From: Candidatus Latescibacterota bacterium
Lineage (GTDB): Bacteria; Latescibacterota; UBA2968; UBA8231
Reading direction: 5' to 3'
Assembly: GCA_965243025.1 (NCBI GenBank)
Contig: CBDETY010000003.1
Location: forward strand, 6,144,001-6,208,000
DNA length: 64,000 nt
This document shows, piece by piece, positions 29,700 to 39,714 of this stretch. The translations under genes and the position numbers were made by a program. How positions within the stretch are numbered: position 1 is the stretch's first letter; each line of letters opens with the position of its first letter. Under the pieces are notes generated by a model. The model was given only the letters and a program-made list of their open reading frames with translations, did not search any database and was not told where the DNA came from.

Positions 29700-32648
29700 A
29701 TGCCACCTGTGCCCGCACTTTCCCGTCTGCTCTGGATTCCGATATGCGTGCCCGGCGCCCTCCTTTTTTTCCAGGCTGATTCCGCGTCCGCCCAGCGCCA
29801 CCCCGAATCGCAGGGGGCCCTGTCTTACTACCGGGACGATCCGACGGTGCTCGTCGAACCCGCGTGGAAGCGGCGCCCGGCTTTTCTCCGCGGTCCCCTG
29901 GACCGGATGGAGCGAGGTCGCTCGCGGCGCTGGCTGGGAACCGAAGATGCTGTTTCCTACCTCAATTACGCCCAGGAGAAATACATCCTCTACCACCGCG
30001 AGTTGACCCCGTGGGCAATCCAGGGAGGCCGGCCCTTCAAGACCCGCAACGTGCACTGGGACCGCGTCGGCAACTACATGGGTTCCGGGTACCAACGGGT
30101 GTTCTCGATCGAGGAATCCCGTTCCAATACCACCGACGTCGGGTTCAGCTACGTCGACCACAAGTTCCACACGATGCGCATCGGCCACTACTCCTACAAG
30201 GATCTTCACTGGACGATGACCGTCGGTGGAGTAGGGGCTCAGAAGGTTCGCACCATCTTTACGCCGCTGACTCTCACCCAGACGCAGATGAGCGTCGCCC
30301 GCCTCGACCTCGACTATCTCGGCCGGGACCGGGCGACGGTTCTGTATTCCCGGGGGGGCCGCGTCGGCACCAACGTGCTGTTCTCCCAGTGGGCTCTGGC
30401 ATCCGGTGACGACTCCTTCGACGAGGCCCCGGTCATGGTCTACGGAGGCCACTGGCAGCGCGACGTCGGCGACTACATGACATTCGGCACCAGTTTCGTA
30501 AACCAGATTCTCAACGATGCCAGTTCCGCCCGCAGCGACGCCTGGCGGGGTGATCTCGGCTATGATATGCTGGGCCCGAGATCGATCTTCGTCCATATAG
30601 CCGACGACTCGCCGCTCGAAACCCGCGCCAACGCCAGGACGTACGGCGTCGACATCTTCATTACCGGGGAACGGGACGGCGAACCGGTCAAGCTGAGTTC
30701 CCAGAGCGATGCTTCGGGTTTCGAGTTCGACAGCCGTCTCGCCGCGACTGTCAGCGGCGGCCGTACGATCACGGGAGGAGGCCGCGAGGCGGTCGTTTAC
30801 GACGATGTGATTTACGAGTTCACCATCCCGGAAGACATTTCGGTCGTATCCGCCAGGTTTGTCGCCGATGTCGCCGACGATTACAAGATCGGGATCCGGC
30901 AGATTCACGATTATCCCGGGGTAGACAGGGATGGCAACCTCAGTCTGTCCGAATCGGAATGGCCGGTGAGCTTCGATGTTCTTCAGGCGGCCTCGCGAAG
31001 ACCTTTCAAGTGGGCGAAGGAAGAGGAGGAAAACCTCTACTACACCGTCGTGCGCTCCTCGGGAAAGGCGAGCGCCGGCGGCAATCGCAAACTCGTTTCC
31101 TTCGACTACGGAATGCCCACCGGTCAGAACCTCGCATCCTTCAACTTCGCGGCAGACCTGGTGGGACTCGAGATCCAGGGGGAGGTGGCGCGCAACCTGC
31201 AGAACTTCATCTACCCGGTCGGGACCAACCTGGGTTCCCGCCACAAGGATGCCGCCCTGGCCTACTGGTTCAAGGGCTTGAAGGACTTGCCTTCCGGTCT
31301 GTCTCTCGGGGGTGAGCTGTTCCGCATGGAACCGGACTACGCCGGCGGTTACGACAGTTGGCGAGGGGGCATGGCGTTTCATCTCGACCAGCAGTCCGGC
31401 AGGCGGGTCAACTCTTTCACGCAGGAGTATCCGCTGCTCGAAGACAACGACGACAACGATCAGTGGCCGGACGAACACGCCAGCGAAAACCCGACGCCGG
31501 GAGATCTCTATCCCGGGTGGCCCAACTCGAGCGTCTACCCCGGCCTGGACCTGAACTCCGACAACATACCCGATCCGGACCGCAACGAGAACTTTATCCC
31601 CGACTGGGAAGAAGCCTTCCTCACCTACGTCTCGGAGCCTCCTGACTTCGTCTACGGCATCGACCTGAACAACAACGCCGTGCCCGATTTCCGCGAGAAC
31701 GACGACCTGCCCGACTTTCCGTATCCGAAGGACCAGAAAGGCTACCACTTGTTCCTGGGGTTCGAGAGACTCGGGGCCTTCGGGAAGAACCTGTCGATAG
31801 GGCGCTACGACACCAGGCAGGTAGCCGGCGGCGGTGAGTCGAAGGCGGTTTACCTGAGGTATTCCCACGATTACGAAAACCCGGGAATCTTCTCCCTGAG
31901 GGTAAACTACGACGTCAAGCAGGTTCAGGACGACATCCTCGACCACACCTTCGTCTGGATCGTGCCGCCTGACGACGTCAATATCGTCGCCTGGATCAAC
32001 CAGCCGGACGGGCCGCCATGGAGCGAGGGACTATTCCGGCCTGCGACTCCCGACAGCTTGTTCATGCGGGACAGTTCGGTTCACACCGGGTTCATCGATA
32101 CCCGTTTCGGAGGTATTGGAGGGCTGAACTTCGACAACGCCCTGCTCTGGATTCGCAACAGTCAAGCCGAGATTCCCGGTTTCGAAGAAGGGGATCCCCT
32201 TGTGCAGCCTGAGGACGTGCGCTCCAAGATCGCCTTGGTCAACAAGGCCGATTACACCCGGCGCCTCGGCAGTTGGGAACTGATCGGCAAGTTCAAGCAC
32301 CGCTTGCGGCATGAGAGCCTCGAAACGGAAGAAGGTGCGCGCGTGAACCAGTCGGAATTCATCCCGATCGCGACGGCGGAGTATTCGCTCACCGCAGGCA
32401 CGCAGTTTCTGTTCGGTGCTCAAGGTATTCCATTTGTCCCTTACAAGATGTGGAATCGCGCCGACGAGAACGGGTCGTTTACGCAGACCGACTACCTCGC
32501 GATGGTAAAAATAACCGCCGAATACTTCGGAATCAGCGGCAACAACCTTTTCATGGGATACCAGCGAACCAATCGCAAATTCGACAAGTTCAGCGACCGC
32601 GATTTCAAATCCACCACCCTTTTCGTCGAACTCGTCTCTCCATTCTAG
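29700..32648 (+). CDS. Large predicted outer-membrane beta-barrel protein with Asp-rich Ca-binding-like insert (paralog A)
   Basis: Signal peptide ending ASA-Q; amphipathic beta segments; ends LFVELVSPF; DNDDNDQWPDE...PGLDLNSDNIPDPDRN block shared with 36738-39650. Confidence 0.75.
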   Translation: MPPVPALSRLLWIPICVPGALLFFQADSASAQRHPESQGALSYYRDDPTVLVEPAWKRRPAFLRGPLDRMERGRSRRWLGTEDAVSYLNYAQEKYILYHRELTPWAIQGGRPFKTRNVHWDRVGNYMGSGYQRVFSIEESRSNTTDVGFSYVDHKFHTMRIGHYSYKDLHWTMTVGGVGAQKVRTIFTPLTLTQTQMSVARLDLDYLGRDRATVLYSRGGRVGTNVLFSQWALASGDDSFDEAPVMVYGGHWQRDVGDYMTFGTSFVNQILNDASSARSDAWRGDLGYDMLGPRSIFVHIADDSPLETRANARTYGVDIFITGERDGEPVKLSSQSDASGFEFDSRLAATVSGGRTITGGGREAVVYDDVIYEFTIPEDISVVSARFVADVADDYKIGIRQIHDYPGVDRDGNLSLSESEWPVSFDVLQAASRRPFKWAKEEEENLYYTVVRSSGKASAGGNRKLVSFDYGMPTGQNLASFNFAADLVGLEIQGEVARNLQNFIYPVGTNLGSRHKDAALAYWFKGLKDLPSGLSLGGELFRMEPDYAGGYDSWRGGMAFHLDQQSGRRVNSFTQEYPLLEDNDDNDQWPDEHASENPTPGDLYPGWPNSSVYPGLDLNSDNIPDPDRNENFIPDWEEAFLTYVSEPPDFVYGIDLNNNAVPDFRENDDLPDFPYPKDQKGYHLFLGFERLGAFGKNLSIGRYDTRQVAGGGESKAVYLRYSHDYENPGIFSLRVNYDVKQVQDDILDHTFVWIVPPDDVNIVAWINQPDGPPWSEGLFRPATPDSLFMRDSSVHTGFIDTRFGGIGGLNFDNALLWIRNSQAEIPGFEEGDPLVQPEDVRSKIALVNKADYTRRLGSWELIGKFKHRLRHESLETEEGARVNQSEFIPIATAEYSLTAGTQFLFGAQGIPFVPYKMWNRADENGSFTQTDYLAMVKITAEYFGISGNNLFMGYQRTNRKFDKFSDRDFKSTTLFVELVSPF

Positions 32649-32664
32649 GTCCTACGGTTTCATC

Positions 32665-33414
32665 ATGCGGATAACACAGATTCTCCTTTTCACGGTTGGC
32701 CTGGGAACGCTGATCGTTGCGGGGTGCACCCCGATCGGCAAACTGGAATACCTGGTCGACGCCAGGCCGATTCTCAGTCCTTCCGACGGTGATTACCATA
32801 TCGACCCGATCGACAGTTCGGTGGTGTGGACCCAGGAAGGAATCTCCGTCAAGGTAAAGTTCTACAACGATCAGATGCTCGACGCGGTGTACGATCCCAG
32901 GACGAGCCCGTACACCCTGACCCCGTGGATCCATCCGGAGCACGGCTACACCCCGCCGCTCTGGACGGTTTTCGACATCACCGTAATCAACCAGACCCGG
33001 GACCGCGTCGAGCTCGATCCCACCAACGCGGTAATTCTGCTCGACAACGGCCGCCGCTTCTTCTGCCGCCAGGGGGTGGGTGTCTGGTACGACCCGACCG
33101 AGTACTACGACTATTCCTACGTGAAGTGGGGAGGGCGGGACGGCGTGACCCACTACCATGCCTCTTTTGACCGCAACGATGTCTGGGGAAAATCGGAATA
33201 CAGGCGGGAGAAGCCTGTAAGGAAGGGACGGACGTACAACGGAAAATTGACGTTTCCTCCACTACCGCCCGAAACAAAGAGCTTCACCCTGCGCATAGAC
33301 CAGTTTATCCTGGCCTTCGACAAGTTCGCGGTCGGATGGGGAAATCCGGTCGAGTTTACGGATATGGCCTTTCGCTTCGATGTCAGCCAGGGCGTACGTG
33401 AAATCGTCGAGTGA
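32665..33414 (+). CDS. Lipoprotein (paralog A), Ig-like
   Basis: Lipobox VAGC; shares SPYT..PE.GY.PP..TVF..TV.N.T...VE.DP..AV with 44644-45414. Confidence 0.8.
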   Translation: MRITQILLFTVGLGTLIVAGCTPIGKLEYLVDARPILSPSDGDYHIDPIDSSVVWTQEGISVKVKFYNDQMLDAVYDPRTSPYTLTPWIHPEHGYTPPLWTVFDITVINQTRDRVELDPTNAVILLDNGRRFFCRQGVGVWYDPTEYYDYSYVKWGGRDGVTHYHASFDRNDVWGKSEYRREKPVRKGRTYNGKLTFPPLPPETKSFTLRIDQFILAFDKFAVGWGNPVEFTDMAFRFDVSQGVREIVE

Positions 33415-33440
33415 GGTTAGGAGTTCGAGAGGGAATTGAG

Positions 33441-34106
33441 ATGCATTTGAGAGTTGTTGCTCCGACATGCCTTGTTGCGCTCGTTGCGTTGTCCTGCGGG
33501 TCTTTGAAGTACGAGCTTCTGAAGGATACATCCCTTCCCAACCCGCCATCCAAGCCGGTAAAGATCTACATCACCGGTTTTCCGGTCACCAGCAAGGCGA
33601 ACATCGTCGACCCCAAGGCGGCAGTGGGCTCGGGCCCCGGCGGATATTCGGGGGGCAACGCTGCAGCTGCGACGAACGAGTTGGCCTCGGTGGGAAACTA
33701 CCTTGCAGTCATATCCCGTCCGACCCGCATTGAGGATCTGTCGGGAGCGATCTTGCGCGAGTTGCGCAAATCCGACGTAAGGGTATTCACCGATCTCGAA
33801 ATGATCTCGGGAATGGACGCTGTAAGGACGATCGGCAATCCCTTCGAACTGGTAGCCGGTTCCGAGGAAGCGGACCTGGAGATCGAGGGCAACGTATTGC
33901 TGATGAGCGAGAGGGTTTCGAAGAAGTTTTCACAGAATACCACGAGTGTGGAAGTGCAGATCACCGTCCGCGACGTTTCTACCGACGCAGTCAGTGGCAA
34001 GAAGCCGCTGAGGGCGGGCATTCAGATGGTGTTCAACTCGCGTGAGCTCGAGGAAGCCATGGCTGTTGCGGCGATCACGGGCATGACCCAAAAAATCCTT
34101 TTTTGA
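33441..34106 (+). CDS. Hypothetical lipoprotein (CsgG/TolB_N-like alpha/beta pattern)
   Basis: Lipobox ALSC; ADLEIEGNV...VEVQITVRDVST pattern. Confidence 0.7.
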   Translation: MHLRVVAPTCLVALVALSCGSLKYELLKDTSLPNPPSKPVKIYITGFPVTSKANIVDPKAAVGSGPGGYSGGNAAAATNELASVGNYLAVISRPTRIEDLSGAILRELRKSDVRVFTDLEMISGMDAVRTIGNPFELVAGSEEADLEIEGNVLLMSERVSKKFSQNTTSVEVQITVRDVSTDAVSGKKPLRAGIQMVFNSRELEEAMAVAAITGMTQKILF

Positions 34107-35761
34107 TCTGGGTTGGGGCATGGCTCATGGCGGCATGGCTGGGCAGCGGTTCCGCGGATGCGGACCTGCTTACGTGGATAGCGGATGACGCTGGGGATTT
34201 TTCTGGTGCGCAAAGCGATGGGGCCCGGATTCACCCTGACAGCCTGGTGATCCTCGCAGCCGTCAAGGATGAGACGAACTTGGCGTTTGGCCAGATTGCA
34301 GTCGACGAATATGACAAAACGGTTCCGTTGACCGATGGCGACACCTCGCTCAGCAGCGAATGGATTTCAGGTACCCCCAATGTCTTCGGGCGTTTTTTCA
34401 CCGTGGATCTGGGAGTCGACAGGGCCATTACCCGGGTGAAGACAAGGGCAGGAGCCACGGCGTTGAGTCAACCGGAATATTTCGTTCGCGGTTACCGCAT
34501 TGAGGCGGCCCGGGCGGCCACTCCGCAGATATGGCACTCGCTGGCGGAGGAAAGGGACAACAGAATCCTGAATTTCGATACGGAAGAGGATTCGACCTGG
34601 GCCGTTTTTGACGTAGATGGATCCCCCGCTCCCGTCATTGGTCGTTTCGTCCGGCTGACGGTGATCCGGCAGGACCGCAGCAACTGGATCACCCTGGGAG
34701 AGATCGAAGTTTTCGGCACCGGCTACACCAGCAGGGGGTGGTTGGAAGACGTGCTGACGAGCGACTCCGAAGTCAATGTCGGCCGGGTTCGATGGCGAGG
34801 GGGGACCCCTGAAAGCACCGCAATGGACCTCCGTTTCGGCCTCGCGGATGATTCATTGACAGGTGCAGTCCCGGCTCAGGCCCGGGAGACCCTGTTCCAG
34901 GGTTCGGAACCGACCCCGGCTGTTCGCTACCGCGTGGACCTGAGCAGTACGTCGCCGTTTTCCACTCCATCCCTGAGCCGTATCGAAGTGGAGTACGACC
35001 CCGTGCTCGTCGCGCGCCGGGTTTCCGGACGTGCGGAACCTGCGGTCGTAACCAAAGGTTCGCGTTCCACTTTCACGTACACGGTTGATCTTGAAATCCA
35101 GGACGGAGACCGGGGAGCGGATTGGCTGCTGATCGAAGGCGTCACTCTCGATATCGCTGAAGTGCGCGTGGACGGCCGCTCGCTGGACCGGGATTTGTCG
35201 CTGGAGTCGGGGTTCAGGTGGAACCTCACCGGGGACAAGGAAGGAAGTATCGTCGAGTTCGCACCATCGGAACGGCTTTCACGGGCATCGACAGTCGAAA
35301 TCGAGGCCACCGCCCTGTTCTTGAGAGACCAGACTACACTGAAGGTTGCGGCCGCAAGCCGGGAACAGGCAGACCGCGATGGCTACGTAAACTGGCAGAA
35401 CGGCGGGGAGAGCCCATTCGGGACATGGACCGTCGAGGCAACCGGAGCACCGCCGAAGCTGGTCGGGAAGGTCGAAGTTACGCCGGAGCCGTTTTCTCCG
35501 TACGCGGAAGGTGTCGCCAGTTTCAGGTTTGTCATCGGCAACATCAGGGAGTCGGCCGACGTCGTAGTCGAGCTTTTCACCCTGGACGGCCGCCGGGTGA
35601 AAAGACTGGTCGAACACGGACGCTCGCGGGAATACGAAATCGAGTGGGACGGGCGCGACAGCGACGGCCGCATTCTCCAACCCGGTTTGTACCTGTACCA
35701 AGTGAGGGTTGCCGGGGTTGCCGGCGGAGCCCGCCGGGGAACGATTGCCCTGGCGTACTGA
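34103..35761 (+). CDS. Secreted discoidin (F5/8 type C)-like protein with C-terminal FlgD-Ig / T9SS-CTD-like domain
   Basis: NLAFG, LTDGD, FTVDLG..RAITRV, GRFVRL..LGEIEVFG; C-terminal PEPFSP...FTLDGRRVK...WDGRDSDG..LQPGLYLYQV. Confidence 0.8.
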   Translation: MIWVGAWLMAAWLGSGSADADLLTWIADDAGDFSGAQSDGARIHPDSLVILAAVKDETNLAFGQIAVDEYDKTVPLTDGDTSLSSEWISGTPNVFGRFFTVDLGVDRAITRVKTRAGATALSQPEYFVRGYRIEAARAATPQIWHSLAEERDNRILNFDTEEDSTWAVFDVDGSPAPVIGRFVRLTVIRQDRSNWITLGEIEVFGTGYTSRGWLEDVLTSDSEVNVGRVRWRGGTPESTAMDLRFGLADDSLTGAVPAQARETLFQGSEPTPAVRYRVDLSSTSPFSTPSLSRIEVEYDPVLVARRVSGRAEPAVVTKGSRSTFTYTVDLEIQDGDRGADWLLIEGVTLDIAEVRVDGRSLDRDLSLESGFRWNLTGDKEGSIVEFAPSERLSRASTVEIEATALFLRDQTTLKVAAASREQADRDGYVNWQNGGESPFGTWTVEATGAPPKLVGKVEVTPEPFSPYAEGVASFRFVIGNIRESADVVVELFTLDGRRVKRLVEHGRSREYEIEWDGRDSDGRILQPGLYLYQVRVAGVAGGARRGTIALAY

Positions 35762-35770
35762 TGGGTCGAT

Positions 35771-36670
35771 GTGCCCGACCGATACTCGATTCTGTCCTGG
35801 AGTGGGGTAATATGTGCAGCAGTGCTGACATGTTCGTCGCCGATTCACTCCGCTTTCGAGCTCACCGGAACGGGAGCGAGGGCTTCTGCCCTGGGAGGGG
35901 CCCAGACTGCGGCGACAGGTACAGCCGACGGAATCTGGTTCAATCCCGCCTCCAACGCCCTGCGGGAAACCTGGCAGATCGGGACTGCGCACGCCCTTCT
36001 GTACCCCGGTCTGGACAAACCTCCGACTCTACACGGGCTGACGGCGGCCATACCGCTTTCGGGGCGGCTGGGCAAGAACAGGGTTCAGGTCGGGATGTCT
36101 TTCCTGAGCGCCAGGAACTGGGACGAGCAGGTGACCGCTCTGGGACTCAGCCGTCCACTCCACCCGCGCATGGCGGTCGGGCTGGCACTGCGGTCGAGTG
36201 CCTGGAGTACGGTGGGTCTGTCGCACCGCGCCTGGGATATGAACGTCGGCGCCACCTACGAAGTCGGGTGGGTTCATCCCGAAGCATATCTGCGCCTCGC
36301 AGGGGTGATGGAAAACCTCCGCGGTTCCAATCGGTCCTCTTCCGGGAAGAAGGCGGGACGTTCGCAGCGAAAGTTCACGGTCGGCGCCAGTCTCGAGTTG
36401 CAGGGGTCTGTTTTCTACCTCGACTGGGAGAACGTGGACGACCGGTTCGAGACGCGTTTCGGGCTGGACTCGGGCAGTGGGCCGGGCGGCGACCTTCGTA
36501 TTCGGGCCGGAGCCAGTGCGGTTTCCTTTCCCTGGGCAGGAAAGGAAGTAACCGCCGGCCTGGGCCATCGGAGTGGACGTTGGAACTACGACTATGCGTA
36601 CGCCTATCCCCTCGAAGCAACGGGTCTTGGGGGGATTCATCGCTTCAGCCTGGCCTACGAGGCGGATTGA
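35771..36670 (+). CDS. PorV/PorQ (FadL-fold)-like outer-membrane beta-barrel
   Basis: GARASALGGA.TA...ADGIWFNPA N-terminal motif and C-terminal YDYAY...GLGGIHRFSLAY. Confidence 0.75.
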   Translation: MPDRYSILSWSGVICAAVLTCSSPIHSAFELTGTGARASALGGAQTAATGTADGIWFNPASNALRETWQIGTAHALLYPGLDKPPTLHGLTAAIPLSGRLGKNRVQVGMSFLSARNWDEQVTALGLSRPLHPRMAVGLALRSSAWSTVGLSHRAWDMNVGATYEVGWVHPEAYLRLAGVMENLRGSNRSSSGKKAGRSQRKFTVGASLELQGSVFYLDWENVDDRFETRFGLDSGSGPGGDLRIRAGASAVSFPWAGKEVTAGLGHRSGRWNYDYAYAYPLEATGLGGIHRFSLAYEAD

Positions 36671-36737
36671 AACAGGAAAGCCGATGCCCTTGCGGTTCGC
36701 ACCGGCATCACACAGCCGATACGATGAGGATTCTGAC

Positions 36738-39650
36738 ATGATATTTTCGAGATCACACCTGGGCCTGCCGGCGATCATCGCGCTGCTTGCTGCGGCAATC
36801 ATCTCGTCCGACGCCGATGCCCAGACCCACCTGCGGAATCGGGCGTTCCTGAACCTTGGAGCCACGGAAGGTTACCTGAACTACGGCCGCAAGGAATACG
36901 ATCCCTATCCGGCGGTAATCAACGCCCGAAACCGGTACGACCGCCTCGGAAACTTTCTGTCCCGCGGTTACAAGGTGTTCACCTGGGAGTTCGAGCGTCC
37001 CGGCTTCAGCGAGATTACCACGCGAACCGCCCAGTACCTCGGGTGGTTCAACAACATGCTGATTCTCTCGGACTCGTACCGGGGCTGGGATTACCGGGTT
37101 ACCATGGGCGAGGACATTCGCACCAAGCTCACCGACCTCACCTACTCGAACCCGCGTTACTTCGGCATACAGTTCGACGGCGCCTCATCGGACAACAAGT
37201 TCACCCTGATGCTCAGCCAGGGCGACGACCTGCTGAATATCCCGAAGTTCTCTCATTTCTCGTCGACAAAGGAACAGTCGTCCGTCCTCGTCTTCGGAGC
37301 CCACTGGGAAACGAGGCTCGGCAGCATGCTTCGCCTCGGGACCACCTACTTCAACCAGCATATGGCGAACGTGACCGCCGCGGACGGTTCCTTCATCAAG
37401 GGCGACACTCCGTACAACATGCTCCCTCCGAACTTCATCGACGTAATTATCGAAGATGATTCACCGGACGAGCCCGGAATAACAGCAACGGTATACGACG
37501 TGAACATTGTAGTGCGGGGCTCTCGCCAGGGAGAGCCGATCGCGATGAGCTGCTGCGGACCCGAAGCGAATCCCGAAATCAGCCGTACGGTAAACGGCGG
37601 AATCACCGTGGCCGACGATGGTCTCCAGGTGGGCGGCCACGGCGACCGGGTCATCTACACATTCCAGCTTCCCGCCTATGATCTCGCCCCTCCGGACCAG
37701 TTCGCAGCAGACGCGGAGTCCGTGCTGCCCGGCCTGACGATCGAGTCAGTGCGGTTTTCAGCGGACGTCGCCGGAGACTACCGGATCTCGGTGCGGCAAA
37801 GGCATCTCTTCTTCGATGAAGGAGTGTACAACAAGAACATCGAGAAGGAGTACCTTCCCGGGAACGACAGGTACGTAAACCCTTACACCGGTTTGCAGGG
37901 GGAGGATGCGTCGAAGACGGTTCAGGAGCTGCTCGACGAGGGAGTGGACGTGTTCAGGAAGTGGCCTGTCGAACCCGACCCCACAATCGCAGCCGTGAAC
38001 CCTTTCATGCAGTACGCATGGGACCTGGAGGATCCCACCTCCATCTCCTACACCGTGCTGCGGTCGGATGGCAAAAACGACGGTGTCGACAATCGCAAAG
38101 TCGTGTCCTTCAACTACGGTATTCCGACGGGACAGGGGTTGTACGGCGCAGACTTCGACCTCACCTTCAAGAATACCAAGATCAAGGGAGAGATCGTAAC
38201 CAACCCGCAGTACTTCATCTTTCCTGTCGGCGTCAACGGCGGCAAAAGGGACGCCAAACGGCGCTGGGCCTATTTCATCAATGCCCAGCGAAAGCTCGGC
38301 TCCGTCGAGTTGGGCGGTGAGTTTTTCCGATTGGATCCCGACTACAGCGGCAACTACGACAGCCGTCGGGGCGGCATCCCCTTCTTCACGGACAAGTGCA
38401 TCACCTGTCCCCAGATGCAGGAGATGAACGTCATGACCGACAACGACGACAACGACCAGTGGCCGGACGAGTTCAACAACGAAAAGCCGAGCGCCGAGAA
38501 GTCCGACTCGGGTGTGTTCCCCGGCCTGGACGAAAACCAGGATCTGGTCCCGGACAGCGACCAGAACTTCAACGGCATCCCCGACTGGACCGAGCCGATC
38601 CTGTTCTACGACGCGGACCCGCCCGAATTCGTCTACGGCATTGACTTCAACAACAACGGGTATGTCGATTTCCGGGAGAATGACGCCTATCCGGACTATC
38701 CGTACCGCCGCGACCGCCGCGGTTGGCACGCGGTGGCGACCAAGGACGGCCTCGGACGCTGGGGCAAGTGGATATCCCTGGGATACTACAGCATGGAGGA
38801 GGAAGCCGGAGGCGGCGAGGCGTCGGCGGTCTACGGCCGCTACCACCACCGTTTCATCTCTCCTTACTTCGGGCGGCTCGAGATCAACGACGACCTCAAG
38901 TTCGTCAAGGACGACATCCCGGACGACGTCTACATATGGGAGGATGTCGGTTTCAACGAGAGAGTTGCCAGCCCGTATCCCCACCTGACCGGGAAGAACA
39001 TCGAACTTCGCGATCTCAATACCCAGTTGCTGCCGCCGGACAAGGATCCGCTGGCGATGCGCAACAGTATGGTCAACACCCTGTTCATCGAATCCGAACT
39101 CAAGGTCGTGTCGGCGCTGAACTTCGTGAACAACCTCCAGTGGGTGCGCAACAGCCAGAGAGAGGATGAATTCGGCGGCGGCCTTTTGCAGTCGGAGAGC
39201 CTCGAATCTACCATCACCATGGTCAACAAGGCCGACTACGACATTCCACTGGGGAATCTCAAAATCAAGCCGATGTTCAAGCATCTGCTGCTGTGGAAAA
39301 ATTCGCAGCGCCAGGAAGACCAGACCGGAGACGGCCGCCTGGCCTCGATCTCGAAGTGGTCGCCGATCATGCGCATCCGGTACGAGTTGACGAACAAGAC
39401 GAACCTGCAGCTCGGATTCCAGGGCTTTCCATTCTTCCGCTACCACGAAACCAACCGGGTCGACGATCTGCGAACTTTCAGGGAGTGGACGCTGGTCCTG
39501 ATGATGAGCAACCGCTCCGACCACTACGGCTACGCGATCTCGACCCAGTTCGGCCTGATAAAGACCGATCGCGTGTACGAAGAAGAGGTCAAACAGGGCG
39601 ACAACTTCAACTCGTCGAAGATGTTCTTCGATGTCGTGGCGGGGTTTTAG
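36738..39650 (+). CDS. Large predicted outer-membrane beta-barrel protein (paralog B)
   Basis: GAGGA RBS, signal peptide ending ADA-Q, ends MFFDVVAGF; collinear motif similarity to 29700-32648. Confidence 0.78.
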   Translation: MIFSRSHLGLPAIIALLAAAIISSDADAQTHLRNRAFLNLGATEGYLNYGRKEYDPYPAVINARNRYDRLGNFLSRGYKVFTWEFERPGFSEITTRTAQYLGWFNNMLILSDSYRGWDYRVTMGEDIRTKLTDLTYSNPRYFGIQFDGASSDNKFTLMLSQGDDLLNIPKFSHFSSTKEQSSVLVFGAHWETRLGSMLRLGTTYFNQHMANVTAADGSFIKGDTPYNMLPPNFIDVIIEDDSPDEPGITATVYDVNIVVRGSRQGEPIAMSCCGPEANPEISRTVNGGITVADDGLQVGGHGDRVIYTFQLPAYDLAPPDQFAADAESVLPGLTIESVRFSADVAGDYRISVRQRHLFFDEGVYNKNIEKEYLPGNDRYVNPYTGLQGEDASKTVQELLDEGVDVFRKWPVEPDPTIAAVNPFMQYAWDLEDPTSISYTVLRSDGKNDGVDNRKVVSFNYGIPTGQGLYGADFDLTFKNTKIKGEIVTNPQYFIFPVGVNGGKRDAKRRWAYFINAQRKLGSVELGGEFFRLDPDYSGNYDSRRGGIPFFTDKCITCPQMQEMNVMTDNDDNDQWPDEFNNEKPSAEKSDSGVFPGLDENQDLVPDSDQNFNGIPDWTEPILFYDADPPEFVYGIDFNNNGYVDFRENDAYPDYPYRRDRRGWHAVATKDGLGRWGKWISLGYYSMEEEAGGGEASAVYGRYHHRFISPYFGRLEINDDLKFVKDDIPDDVYIWEDVGFNERVASPYPHLTGKNIELRDLNTQLLPPDKDPLAMRNSMVNTLFIESELKVVSALNFVNNLQWVRNSQREDEFGGGLLQSESLESTITMVNKADYDIPLGNLKIKPMFKHLLLWKNSQRQEDQTGDGRLASISKWSPIMRIRYELTNKTNLQLGFQGFPFFRYHETNRVDDLRTFREWTLVLMMSNRSDHYGYAISTQFGLIKTDRVYEEEVKQGDNFNSSKMFFDVVAGF

Positions 39651-39714
39651 TCCGGAAGGACACTTGGCGCAGGAAACGAACGGAAGGAAATCTAAAGGGT
39701 AAAGGCAGCCGGAC

